DNA of 64,000 nt from positions 1,325,527 to 1,389,526 of the forward strand of contig MU058065.1 of NCBI GenBank assembly GCA_013265495.1. Reading direction: 5' to 3'. The notes under the pieces were generated by a model. The model was not told the DNA's origin. It made no database searches and was given only the letters and a program-made list of their open reading frames with translations. Source of the DNA: Vicugna vicugna. Taxonomy: Eukaryota. The position numbers and the translations under genes are program-made. Shown here piece by piece: positions 39,497 through 50,815 of the stretch. Every line of letters starts with the position of its first letter. The stretch's first letter is position 1.

Positions 39497-40637
39497 CCAA
39501 TCCAAATCCTGGGCTTCTTTTTTTTTTTTATTATTTTTAGGTAATTGGCAAGTTTATTCTGAACTTTATAGAAATGCAAAATGATAAAATTGCCAAAACA
39601 ATTTTGAAAAAGAAGAATGAAGTTGGAGAAGTCTTATTTCCTAATTTCAAGATTAAAGAAACCAATAGTTTGTGATTTTGACATGACAATGGTATAGATC
39701 AATGAACATAATACAGAGTCAAGAAACAGACCTATAAAATTGTTTTTAGTTAATTTTTGACAAAGATGCCAAAGGAATTCAATGGGGAAAGGATAGCCTT
39801 TCATCATATGGTCATAAAATATTTTTAAAAAACACAAATCTTATCTCAGATCATGTACTGATTAACTTGGTATGGGTCAGAGATCTAAATGTAAGAGCTA
39901 AAACTATTAAAAACTTCTTTATTTTATTTTACTGAGTTATAGTCATTTTACAATGTTGAGTCAATTTCCAGTGTAGAGCACAATTTTTCACTTATACATG
40001 AACATACATATATTCATTGTCAAATTCTTTTTCACCATGAGCTACCACAAGATCTTGTATATAGTTCCCTGTGCTATACAGTATAATCTTGTTTATCTAT
40101 TCTATATATACCTGTCAGTATCTACAAATTTCGAACTCCCAGTCTGTCCCTTCCCACCCTGCTCCCACCTGGCAACCACAAGTTTGTATTCTATGTATAT
40201 GAGTCTATTTCTTAAAACTACTAAAAACTTCTAAAAGAAAATACACAGTAATACCTTTGTGCCCTTGAGTTAGGCAAAGAGTTCTTAAATGAGACACAAA
40301 AAGTGTGAAACATAAAAGAAAAAAATGATAGTTTGTATTTCATCTACAAAATTTTCTGCCCTTTAAAAGATACTTTAAGACAGTATGAAGACAATGACAG
40401 ATGGGAAGAAAATATTCCCAAAACACAAATTTGATTTAAAAAAAAACTTGGATCCAGAATATATAAAGAACTCTTACAACTCAATAATAAGACAAATAAA
40501 TCAATTATAAAGTTCACAAAATATCTGCACAGTCTCTTCAGCAACGAAAGTAAGTAGATTGCAAATAAGCAATTAAAATATGCTCAACATCATAGCCATT
40601 AGGGAAATGCAGGTTAAAAACACAAAAATACACCATT
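39497..40637 (+). mobile_element. L1 ORF2 segment, inverted arm of the same element
   Basis: CCAATCCAAATCC...TTTTGACAAAGATGCCAAAG...CAACATCATAGCCATTAGGGAAATGCA. Confidence 0.85.
39919..40212 (-). mobile_element. Camelid-type L1 3' end nested in an older L1
   Basis: Antisense AGTTCCCTGTGCTATACAGTA; 20-bp TSD TAAAACTA(T/C)TAAAAACTTCT at 39899-39918 and 40213-40232. Confidence 0.9.
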
Positions 40638-41804
40638 AAAATTATTTTTAAATTTTTTAAAACATTTTGGGGGAGAGTTTAGCTCAGGATATGATTTTAA
40701 GTATATTATATGTAAAACACATATTAAAAACAATTTAGGAAAATAACAGATTTTGTTTAATATATCACATAATTACCTGCAAATGCAACTAAGATATTTA
40801 TGAAATATTTTAATATCATTTTTAAAAGGATACTTTAATGCTTTCTATTTTCTATTTTCCTTTTTTTCTTTTATAGGTTTTACATTACATTTAGTATCTA
40901 TACTTCAAAATGATCAATTCTAGATTCAGTTTCAAATTCTGTGCTTAATTTTTATAGTAGAAAAGTATTGGCTTTTGTTATTTAAAATAACTAAACAAAA
41001 TTTATGTTGCAAAATTTATATGAAAGAAACAATGAAAATAAAGTAAAAGTTATAAATAATGGGTTAAATATCAACTAACAGGAAAACTATCTTATTGGCA
41101 GTTCTATTTTGTAGTTTTCAATGATGAAAAAATTTTTCTCATAAATGTACTTATTTGTAAAATCTCTTCTGAAAGTGTCAGTCTTTTTTCTGTTGTAGTT
41201 TAGGCAAATATTTTTGCTGGTTTTTTTTTTCCTTGCCACAATTCCCTTCGACAGATTATTCTAAAGGAAAAGAGTCCTTATGTTCACCATTATAGAACAG
41301 TATGCCTTTCTTCATAATTTTAACCAGTCTGGAATTTTGGCTACATGATGCCAGAACATCTGGCTGAAGAGCAAAAACTAAAAGCAAGCTTAATGGGTTG
41401 TTTCAAGCACATTTGAATACAGACAGTGGAATTGAGAGCTTTTGAAGTACTGCTTAAATTTGCTGGAGGTGAATTTACATTAAGTCAATGTTTTACTTTT
41501 TAATTCAGTATTTTAATTGCCAGATGCATATAAAATTTCTTTGTATTGCTTATAGTAAGTATGAAGTTTCATGTTCAACTGTGCAGGAGGTTTTGAAATA
41601 TTTTTAAAGTTGTAATCTTTGCAACCAAAATGCCGTGCAGACACGTTATAAGTGGTTAGATAAGGTTAAATATGATGATGATTTTATAACTCTAAAAAAA
41701 GTCCATTCTTTTAACTATAATAAATCACAGATTTGACTTTTATATTTTCACTCCTAGCCAAGGTGGAATGATAAGGACTGGATTTATTTTCAGTCTTTGA
41801 AACA

Positions 41805-42075
41805 ACCACATGTTGTGTGATTTTATTCACATGAAGGGTCCAGAATAGGCAAATCCATACAGACAAAGAATATGTAAATTACTGCCGGGAGCTGGAGGTA
41901 TGAGGGAATTTGAAGTGACTGCTAATGGGTACAGCTTTTCTTCAGGGGGGGATGAAAATATTTTAAAGTTAGATAGTGGTGACGGTCACACAACTCTATA
42001 CATAATTAAGAACCACTGGACTGTACCCCAAGAAAGATGAATTTTATGTATATGATAATATCTCAATAAAACTGA
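41805..42075 (+). mobile_element. L1MB-like 3' end
   Basis: TCCAGAATAGGCAAATCCATAC, GACTGCTAATGGGTACAG and ATCTCAATAAAACTG. Confidence 0.85.
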
Positions 42076-42119
42076 CATAAAAGTACATGAAAAAATGGGA
42101 AATGCAAAGAGAAGCACAC

Positions 42120-43535
42120 TAATCCAAAATTTTGCTCAAGGATTTCAATATCCTTCTAGCACTAAGTAACAGAACAAGAAGACAGAAATAACAAAGATGT
42201 TATAGAGTTGAATAACATCAATAACTTGACCTACTTGACATTTATGGAATACCCTACAATTCGAAGACTGCATTCTTTTCAAGAACACATGGAACATTTG
42301 CCACAGTAGCCATGTTCTGAGCTATAGAGTAAATCTCACAAAATTTAATAAGATTTAAAGCATTAAAGTAAGTTGTATGATCACAAAAGATTTAAAGTAC
42401 AAGTTAATTTCATAAAAATATGTAGATGATCCCAAATATGCGGAAACTAAATAACATAACTCTTATGAAGTCAAGAGTCAATGGAGAACTCAAAATAGAA
42501 ATTATATATTATTTTAAATTTAGTTATTGAATTATTTTGAATTGAAAATAAAATAAAAACACAATATATCAAAATGTATGGAATGCAGCTACAGCATTAA
42601 TCAGAAGGAAATTTATAGCTTTAAGTGTTTATATAAGAAAAGAACAGCCTCAAATAATGACTTTAATTTCACTTTAAAAAAACTAGAAAACGAAAAGCAA
42701 ATTAAACTCAGAGTTAAGTAGAATAACTGAAATAATAAAGATTAGAAAAGATTCCAATAGAATTTAAAAAAAAAAAAACAGGACAATCACTGAAACCAAA
42801 AATGTTTGATTTAGGAGATCAATAAACTTGATAAATTTCTAGACTGATTATCTGGTAAAAAAGGAGTAACATACAAATTAATAATATTTAAAATGTGAGA
42901 TTATTTTATTGTTGCTTCTACACATATTATAAGGTTAAAGGAGTATTATGCTATAGTTTATGACACTTAAGTTCAACAACTTGAATGAAACAACAAACTG
43001 CTTGAAAGACACAAATTAGCAGATCTCATCTGAGAACAATTGGATTACTTGAATAGCATTATATCTGCTGAAGAAATTGTACTTATAGTTAAAATCCTTC
43101 CCACAAAGAAACCTTTAGGCTTACATATTTTTATTGAATTATACCAATTATTTTTTAAAAAAAGGAACAACACCAATTCCGTACAAAATCTTCCAGAAAA
43201 TTAAGAAGATGCTTCCCAATTTATTCAATGAGGTTAGGATTATGATAACACCTAAACAGAGCAAGACAAAAAAAAACATATAAAAAAAACTTTAAATGGA
43301 AACCCATTATGTACACTAATGAAAAAATGCTTAACAAAAGTCTAGTAAATTCAATCTGAAAATATATTTTTAAAAATTATAAACTCTGACCTACTGGGAT
43401 TTATTTGAGAAATGCAAAGTTAGCTGAAGTTTTGAAAGTCAATCAATGCCATTCATTATATTAACAAAATATAAAAGGAAAAAATACAAGGCTATTTCAA
43501 ATTATTAGAAAAAACATTTTACAAATTTGAGTACC
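42120..43535 (+). mobile_element. Old L1 ORF2 fragment (late endonuclease to RT start), decayed
   Basis: CATTCTTTTCAAGAACACATGGAACAT, GGAAATTTATAGCTTTAA, CTTCCCACAAAGAAA and GGGATTTATTTGAGAAATGCAA. Confidence 0.85.
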
Positions 43536-43544
43536 TCTCAATAG

Positions 43545-43920
43545 GATATATAGGCATATAACTCAGTTCTAGTCAATAAACATGAGAGAAAGTCTAGGAG
43601 CATCCAGAAATGTTTTCCCCACTGACTAAATATGGAAAACAAACAACGGATCAACAAGGATAATATACAATCCCCTTTCTGGGATCCAAACGTTACCACA
43701 TGAATGTAGAATTGAACGCTATACTCAAAAGGGTGAGAATTGCATCAGTTTGTTAAGGATCACAAAATAAGAACACCAAAATAACTAGATTTCAGTGAAA
43801 TCACCTAACTGTTGAATTAACCAACCCTAGAAGTCCCCTTTCTCTTCAAGCCTTATTATAAGAGAAAATAATTTTGTTACAGTTTGAACAAGTTAGCTTG
43901 AGGTCTTCAAACACATTAAA
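43545..43920 (+). mobile_element. Old MaLR LTR (MLT1J-like)
   Basis: ACTCAGTTCTAGTCAAT...GAATTAACCAACCCTAGAAG motifs; diverged. Confidence 0.5.
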
Positions 43921-46159
43921 TATGCAGTACAAAATGCCACTGTAAAAGGATAATACAGTTGAAAACTGTATTATCACTAATTATTAGTCTTCATCTAAGC
44001 TTCGCATTCTATGTGGAATCATTGTAGAAATTTTCATGAATACATCTTCTTCCAAGGAAGCAGCCAAGCCTCAACCTTACGGACGCACAAAGTGTATTAA
44101 GACATACACAGGTGTGTATTCCTCACTGACCAGGCAAGAAAGAAGAGGACATAGAATGACTAATAATATGATGGCATATTCCACGGCTCTCCGTGATTTT
44201 TTTTTCCTTCCTTTCTCCCCTCTCTGCCTTCTCTTCTCACACACATGCTAAGAGATAAAGTTCCCCCTTTTGTAGCCATGGTATTTTACTCCTGGAGGGT
44301 GCAGGTGTAGGGGTGGGCATAAACCCATGCTATCCTCATGGAATTGGAACTCTTCTTTAGCCAAGCAAACTCTTTTCTTGGAGATAGTTTTAAAGGTGAG
44401 GTCTGTCCCTTTTGCCACCCACCTGTCTTAGCTTTCCAATCTCTTGGCCCCCATATTGGGGGGTGTGTGTGTGTGTGTATCATTCTGGGGTTGGAAAGCA
44501 GGGGGATGTCTTTTCTGTGTCCACTGTCATTCATTATTCATATTCACCTCATCCCCTAGTGAAAAAGGAATATATTACTTGATTCAAATGCCAGATCTGT
44601 GGAATTATTGGGTGTTTATGAATAAGCAGATTATATCGTGAAAAAGAAATCAAAGAATTCTGAGCTAGGAGAAAGCCAGCGACCTGTGAAATTGTGAAGA
44701 CTGGAGGTGGGTGGCAGGAGGTGGAATTTCATCACAGATGCTATTACAAGTTCAATATGTCATATTTTAAGCCCATATCAAATTATTGGAAATTTTGTAA
44801 ACATGATTGTTAGCTGTTTCTAATTTATTAAGAAAGAACAGGGAGGAGAAAGTCCTGTGGAATGGAGTCTAGTAATTATCAGCAAGAACAATTAAAGCTC
44901 ATTTGTGACATTCCCCATAACGAACTACCCATCATGCCTCCAAATAGATTGGTTTGGTTTCAGCTACTAGATTAGCGATACGGAATAACTTCCCCTAAAG
45001 GTAGTATGAACTATAGATACAGAACCCCAGGAACAGAGAAGTATACATTAGTTTCTAGTAATGTGTGATCTCTCTTGGATTTTTGCCAAAATAGATTTAC
45101 CGACAACCCAGTCAAATAGCTCTCAAGAATGCCTGTGGCGTTGGGGTGAAAACTTGTGTCTAGGTTGTGCACACATTAAGAAAGCCAATCAAATAGAGTG
45201 GCCTTCCCTAAAATAATATCAGAAATTTTGACTGAGATTAGACCTCTTATCAGCCTGGCTAGAACATAATTTGTAACTGCTCTCACCTTTGGCAACCTCA
45301 ACTGAAACCTTAGATTTACTAGGCGGTTATATTCAGTTTATAAAGCACAGCATCAAAATACAAAGTACTTGATCACGTAAGAAAATATTTAATAAAATGA
45401 TGATTAAGATATCCACAATAAATTGTAATTATTTATAATATTTGACTTCCTGTGTCATTTTATCTGTGGCATCTATTAGCCACAGTCACTTGCAAAACAG
45501 TCACCAGAAGGATATAGGGACAGAGTTAGTTCACCAGGATTCAGGTGACTTTCATCCAATACATCTCCAATCATTGAGAATAACTGGGAAAATGACTAAA
45601 ATGTAAACAAAAGCTAAATGCGAGGGGAAAAAATGCTTTAGCAAGATGCCAGATGAATGGAAAACAGCCTTGGTCCTCACCTACCAGCTTCAGAAAAGCT
45701 ACAACACAAATCAGCTCTAGTTGAGTTTACCTCTGCATTATTTCTCTAAGCATGTGCACATGCTTTTGTGTAGAACTCCTATATTCCTTAATTAAAATAC
45801 AATTATCTTCTGGTCCCTCAATTATACGTTTGCAGAGGTGACCGAATTACATGAAATCAAAGATGGAGTAGACTGTGTCCCAATTTAGTAATATGGATGA
45901 ACAATCATGCAATGCGTGTATGTTATCACAAAACAGCACTGAGTTGCAAAAACAAACCAGAGTCTCAGCACACTTGCCTCAGTCTTCCTAGACTTGACAA
46001 GTCACGTAATCAGCAGTAGGGTCCAATATTCACATCCTAAAAAGGATGTAGACATGCTTCTAGCAAGATAGCTCATCTGGAAAGCCTTTCAGACCTTAAA
46101 AACGTTAAAAATATCTGCCTTAGAAAGACCCACCAAATTTTCCTGCCACAAGATTAAAC

Positions 46160-47065
46160 CTCTTTGTAGTTAACCAATTTTGTCTGCCTCTCTAGCACCC
46201 ATTCCTCCTTCTTCCCATAACTGCCTCTAGTTTCCAGCTTTCTATTCAGATTGTCTAAGAGGAGCTCTCTTAGCCAGGGCAGGATACAAGTGTGATCAGA
46301 GGCAATCAGTGGCTTCTCTCTCTGTTAACAGCTAGACACCCAATAGAGACAGATGGAACACTCCGGTCAGGACACATTGCGGAGAGCCTATTTACAAACA
46401 GACTGCCTACAAAGGGTGCGTAGGGTACAGAGGAACCGTAAGGGAGAATGTGAAAATCCAAGTTCACTGGCGCTGCTACCACCCATAGACTCAAAGTATT
46501 GGGGGAGGTAGAAATTACAGGAACCTGGAAGCAGAGAATCATGTAGAGCTGGGACCTGTGGGCTTTTGATGAAGCCCAAAATGACCCCACAGGGGAAACA
46601 GAGGGCCATTTACTCTAACCCACTCTCCTCTGTGCCTGTGACTTCCTGCCAGGACTCCCTGTGGTCTGAGCTCCAACCTTAGTGGGAGGGATGGGAGTAT
46701 ACCGACTTAATCCACGCAGATCTGCTCCCTGCAGCTGAGAGCCAGGAGGGGAGGAGATCTAGGGAGCCAAGAGGAATAACTCAGACAATCGTCCTAGCCC
46801 CAGTGGTTGCAAAGGAGAGTAGGAATCCAAGCCTCAACCACATACTGTAATGTGGGGACCACAAAGCTGTAGGCCCACCAAGTGGACTCAGAGGATAAAG
46901 ACAGCCCACGGGACACAGATCCCAGCGAAGGATCCAGGTGACAATGTGTGAGTCCTGGTCAAATGACACCTAAAGATAGAACTTTATAATTAAAAATTGC
47001 TTCTTTATTCCGTAAGTCACTTTGAATTTTGGTTGTTGTTACTGTCATATGAAAGAGCCCTTACG
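46160..47065. mobile_element. Old LTR-derived region (MLT1/ERVL pieces, possibly nested)
   Basis: CTAGCACCCATTCCTCCTTC start, TTGTTACTGTCATATGAAAGAGCC end, GC-richer interior. Confidence 0.45.
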
Positions 47066-47789
47066 GATACTCTCGGCCATCATTGGGAGCCAGATTCAAA
47101 TTTGGGTTCACACGCCCTTTGGCTGCCAAAATTCAGAACACTAATTATCACTCTTTGCCCCAGTTGGCTCCCAAGGCCCTGCCCCAAACTCAGCCATCTC
47201 CCAGCCTCTCCAGAAGCTCACCTCCAAGTTTGAGGCTCCTCTCAAAGTCAAACTGCACATGTTTTGCCAGACAAATTCCTTTTCAAAAATATTTTTGCAA
47301 AGACTTCCTAGGATAACTTTTTGTAATCCAGGCATATTTGTTTTCAGTGCTCCCTATAAACCCTCAATAATAATGGTTGACCAAAGACTGACAGCACTGT
47401 GTTCATTACGGTGTCACCAACAGTTGTGAGGAGCATCACAAGGAATGTGTTCTAATAATAAGAGCGCAAAACATCTGTGAATTCTTTTCTCTTTTTTCTC
47501 TCTTGACAAGAGGTTTAATGTTAACCTGGCACTCCAATTAATGACACTTCCACTCATTTGCACTCCAATGTACTTTCTATCATGGGAGAGGGAAGAGATG
47601 GTGTTAGAGTTCGCATACAAGGAATTACACATCTCATGGCCGACTTCATCTCTGGTACTGTCTGGTGAGAAGTCTTTAACAATTTATCAGTCACTGCTGT
47701 TGTGACTCAAAATGATTGCAATGCCTAATATTCCTGGTGGGGGGAAAAAATGAATGCTTTCTCAAAATCTGAGGAAGCCTACATATATA

Positions 47790-48762
47790 TCAGTTTGGAT
47801 CTCCCAAGAAGCAGATACTGAGGCAGAATTTGATATTCAAGGGATTTTTTTGATGAAAATGTATGTGTATTAGTTATACATTGGTGTGTAACAAATTACC
47901 TCCAAACCTTACAGATCTATACAACTATTTGTTATATCAAACATTATCTGGGGGTCAGGAATCCAAAAGTGACTTAGCAGGGTGGTTCTGACTCAAGTAC
48001 TCTCAGGAGGTATAATTGTTGACTGGGGAGAGAGAGTCATCTCTAGCTTGACAGGGGCTGGAAAATTGGCTTCCAGGCTTACTCACATGGTTATTAATGG
48101 CCTCAGTATCTCACCAAATATTGCTGAGAAATTTTATTCCTCATTACGTAGACCTTTCCATAGGTTGCTCATAGCGTGCCATTTGTTTCCCTCAAAACCA
48201 GCAAGCAATCAGAGAGAGACAGATCGAGACAGAGAGAATATTACAAAAGCAAGAAAAAGAGAGCACGTAAAGAGCACGTAAAACTCCTTTGTATCCTAAT
48301 CTTGGAAGTGTCTACACAAGGGTGTGGATATAGGGTGGGGAGGAAATCTCTGAGGGCCGCCATCTTGGAGGCTGGCCAGCACCCTATGTGAAGGAAAAAG
48401 AAGTAGGAATTAGGAGCAGATAAAAGGGTCTTCAGATCACGCTGCAGATCTGGCACCTAGGAAAGGAGAGAAAGACTAGAGTAAGGAGAATCTCCAAGTG
48501 CTGAGCAATACTGAGAGAATTTTTTCCAGGTTGATGTAGATTTTATCCAGGGCAAAATTGGCACTCGGAAGAATCCTACATTGGGAAGGATGACTAAATT
48601 CCAGTGCCCTGCCGTGGCCAGTTACACGGGAGAAGCGTGTACTGGCATAAAGATTGTGGTGAATCCAAAGGTATGGCCATTGGAAGTTGGCAGCCAGCGA
48701 TGCTCCCTATGGCAAGTTCCCTTAAAGGGAGTAGCAGAGCACCCCCATGGTCTTTATGCCAT
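47790..48762 (-). mobile_element. ERVL LTR (LTR16/33-like) split by an MLT1 insertion
   Basis: CCCAAGAAGCAGATACTGAGGC (~47803) continues after ~48383 with CAGATCTGGCACC...GAATCCAAAGG. Confidence 0.6.
47866..48382 (-). mobile_element. MaLR solo LTR (MLT1F-like)
   Basis: TGTATTAGTTATAC...GTAACAAATTACC start, GCCATCTTGGAGGCTGGCCAGCAC end; flanks GTATG/CTATG. Confidence 0.8.
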
Positions 48763-50599
48763 GAATGACGTTCTATGTTTGTTACTGTAAGTCAAAGAAG
48801 GAACTACTGCCAATGAATCCCCATAACCTGACAGTTAATCACAAAATCAAATGCTTTCAGAATCCAGGCAAGGGACAGAGATGAATGAAGCACCTGAGCT
48901 GACCCAGGGGAACTATGGAATGCATGCCTATCAAAAGGGCAGCCCACATGTATGTGTGCCATCTGAACATTTCTAAAGAAATGTCAGCCTTCCAGTCCCA
49001 GGTTTTTTAATTTTCCAAAAAAAATTCAGAAATCTAAAATTTTTCAGTGACTCTTTTGAATTTTAAATGTTACTAAACATTCAATTAAAAAAACACAACA
49101 AAAAAATTAAAAATTAAAAAAAAAACGCAACAGGACAAAAAAAGGAAAAATCATCTAAAGGCCATAAGTAGACTGGTGGCTACCATTCTTTAAGTCTTAC
49201 TAACAGTAATGCAAAGTAGTGTACCACAAAGTAAAATGAAAGAGCATTCTTGTCATTCAGATACACAAGCTCACCTAAAGAAAAAATACAACTAGATCCA
49301 GTCAACATTAATATCTTCCTTTAGTGCTATAGAATTGTGGCCAGCAACCAGTGTCTTTCTATGTACAAATCTGTATTGTGTTTTTTTTTCTCTTAAAAAA
49401 ACATTTGCAGGTTTATAGTATAATTTTTAAAAACGAATTCAAAGTGTGTAATTTTACTATTTTATTCTTTCTAAGTTATTGTATTTCCTTGGGTATGTTT
49501 AGCTATAATTTATTATTTTTTTGAAAGTCACTTCTACTTCTTTTAAGTCTTTTAAAACTTAGATATATATCATATCATATATGTAATAAGTATTTTAATA
49601 AAGACCAATGATAAGCACTTAACTGCATGTATAGTCATAATAAGATGTGTTTATTGATTGGTGATTGGTCTTCAGTATTGTAAATTAAAGAAATTACAAC
49701 TTTTTACATGTTTATTTTATAAAGAAAAGAACTCCACAAATCTATCTTCTCCTAAATTTCACAACTTTTCTTAATTTATTTTTAATAAACATATTCAAAC
49801 CCTATGGTTCAAAGAAAAGATAAAGAACCCACTGGGATTTACCTCCACACACAGTTTTCTCTGAGTCCTAATTGATTTCCTTTGAAGTGGAACTTAATTC
49901 CATACATCTACCCAGCTAGCATCCCTAACACAAACATTAACTGAAAGAAGGATTAACATGATTCTCTTACTCATTCAAAACACCTGAATTTCCCTGATGT
50001 CATTTTTAAGGGTGCAGTAAAATTACATTTTTTGTAGAATTGATTTCTCAGGATTTTAAATTATCCCACGTTTTGGTTTCTCATGAGATAAAAGCACATC
50101 TTCCAAATGTTGACACTTTCTACTATAAAATATTATATTTAGAAGCACATTCAGTAATATCCTCATCGGGCTCATGGAAAAGGTTCATGATGGCACTAAT
50201 ACAGGTTTTCAAAATTCTATTTTTACATGAAAGCCTGTATTTTATCTACTGATTAGCATTATGTAGTCAATTATTTTCCTTACAGAGCTGACTTGTGTTG
50301 TTGACTTCAGAAAAAAATATTTACCAAACATTCAAAACTTAGTCGGAATAATTTGTTTGTTAGTCATTCTTTCAAGTAAAAATGGTGCCCCAAGAAAAAA
50401 AAAGTCCAACTGGGCTGACAACTTAATTGCACAAGTGCTTTTCCTCAAGACAGACATCACAATTTTGGTATGCAACAGTTCTTTATGCCTATTGGCTATT
50501 TTGCACACAGAACACTAAAGCAATGTATAATTAAGAGTAGAGATTTAATAAAATTTATAACTTGTACTGCTTGATTAAGGACATGCTTAGGTGAAACTG

Positions 50600-50815
50600 C
50601 CTTTTTTTTCTCCTTGCTAGTTACCCCCTTGCTTTGTGCTGAGTTGCCCAGTTTTTCTCACCATTGATTTTGCACCATCTACAAACGTCATCACAGAGAA
50701 AAAGGCAGATAATATCTTATTATTATTTTGAAAACAGTAGTTTCTATCCATGGATCTCCTAAAAGAATTTCAAAGGCGCTCAGGGCTTCACAGACCATAT
50801 TTTAAGAACCATTAG
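50600..50815. mobile_element. hAT-Charlie-type MITE fragment
   Basis: End CAGACCATATTTTAAGAACCA resembles the Charlie terminal motif. Confidence 0.55.

Noticed and set aside
40668..40688. GGGGGAGAGTTTAGCTCAGG, resembling a SINE head
   Set aside because: Only ~20 bp, no B box or tail; too short to call
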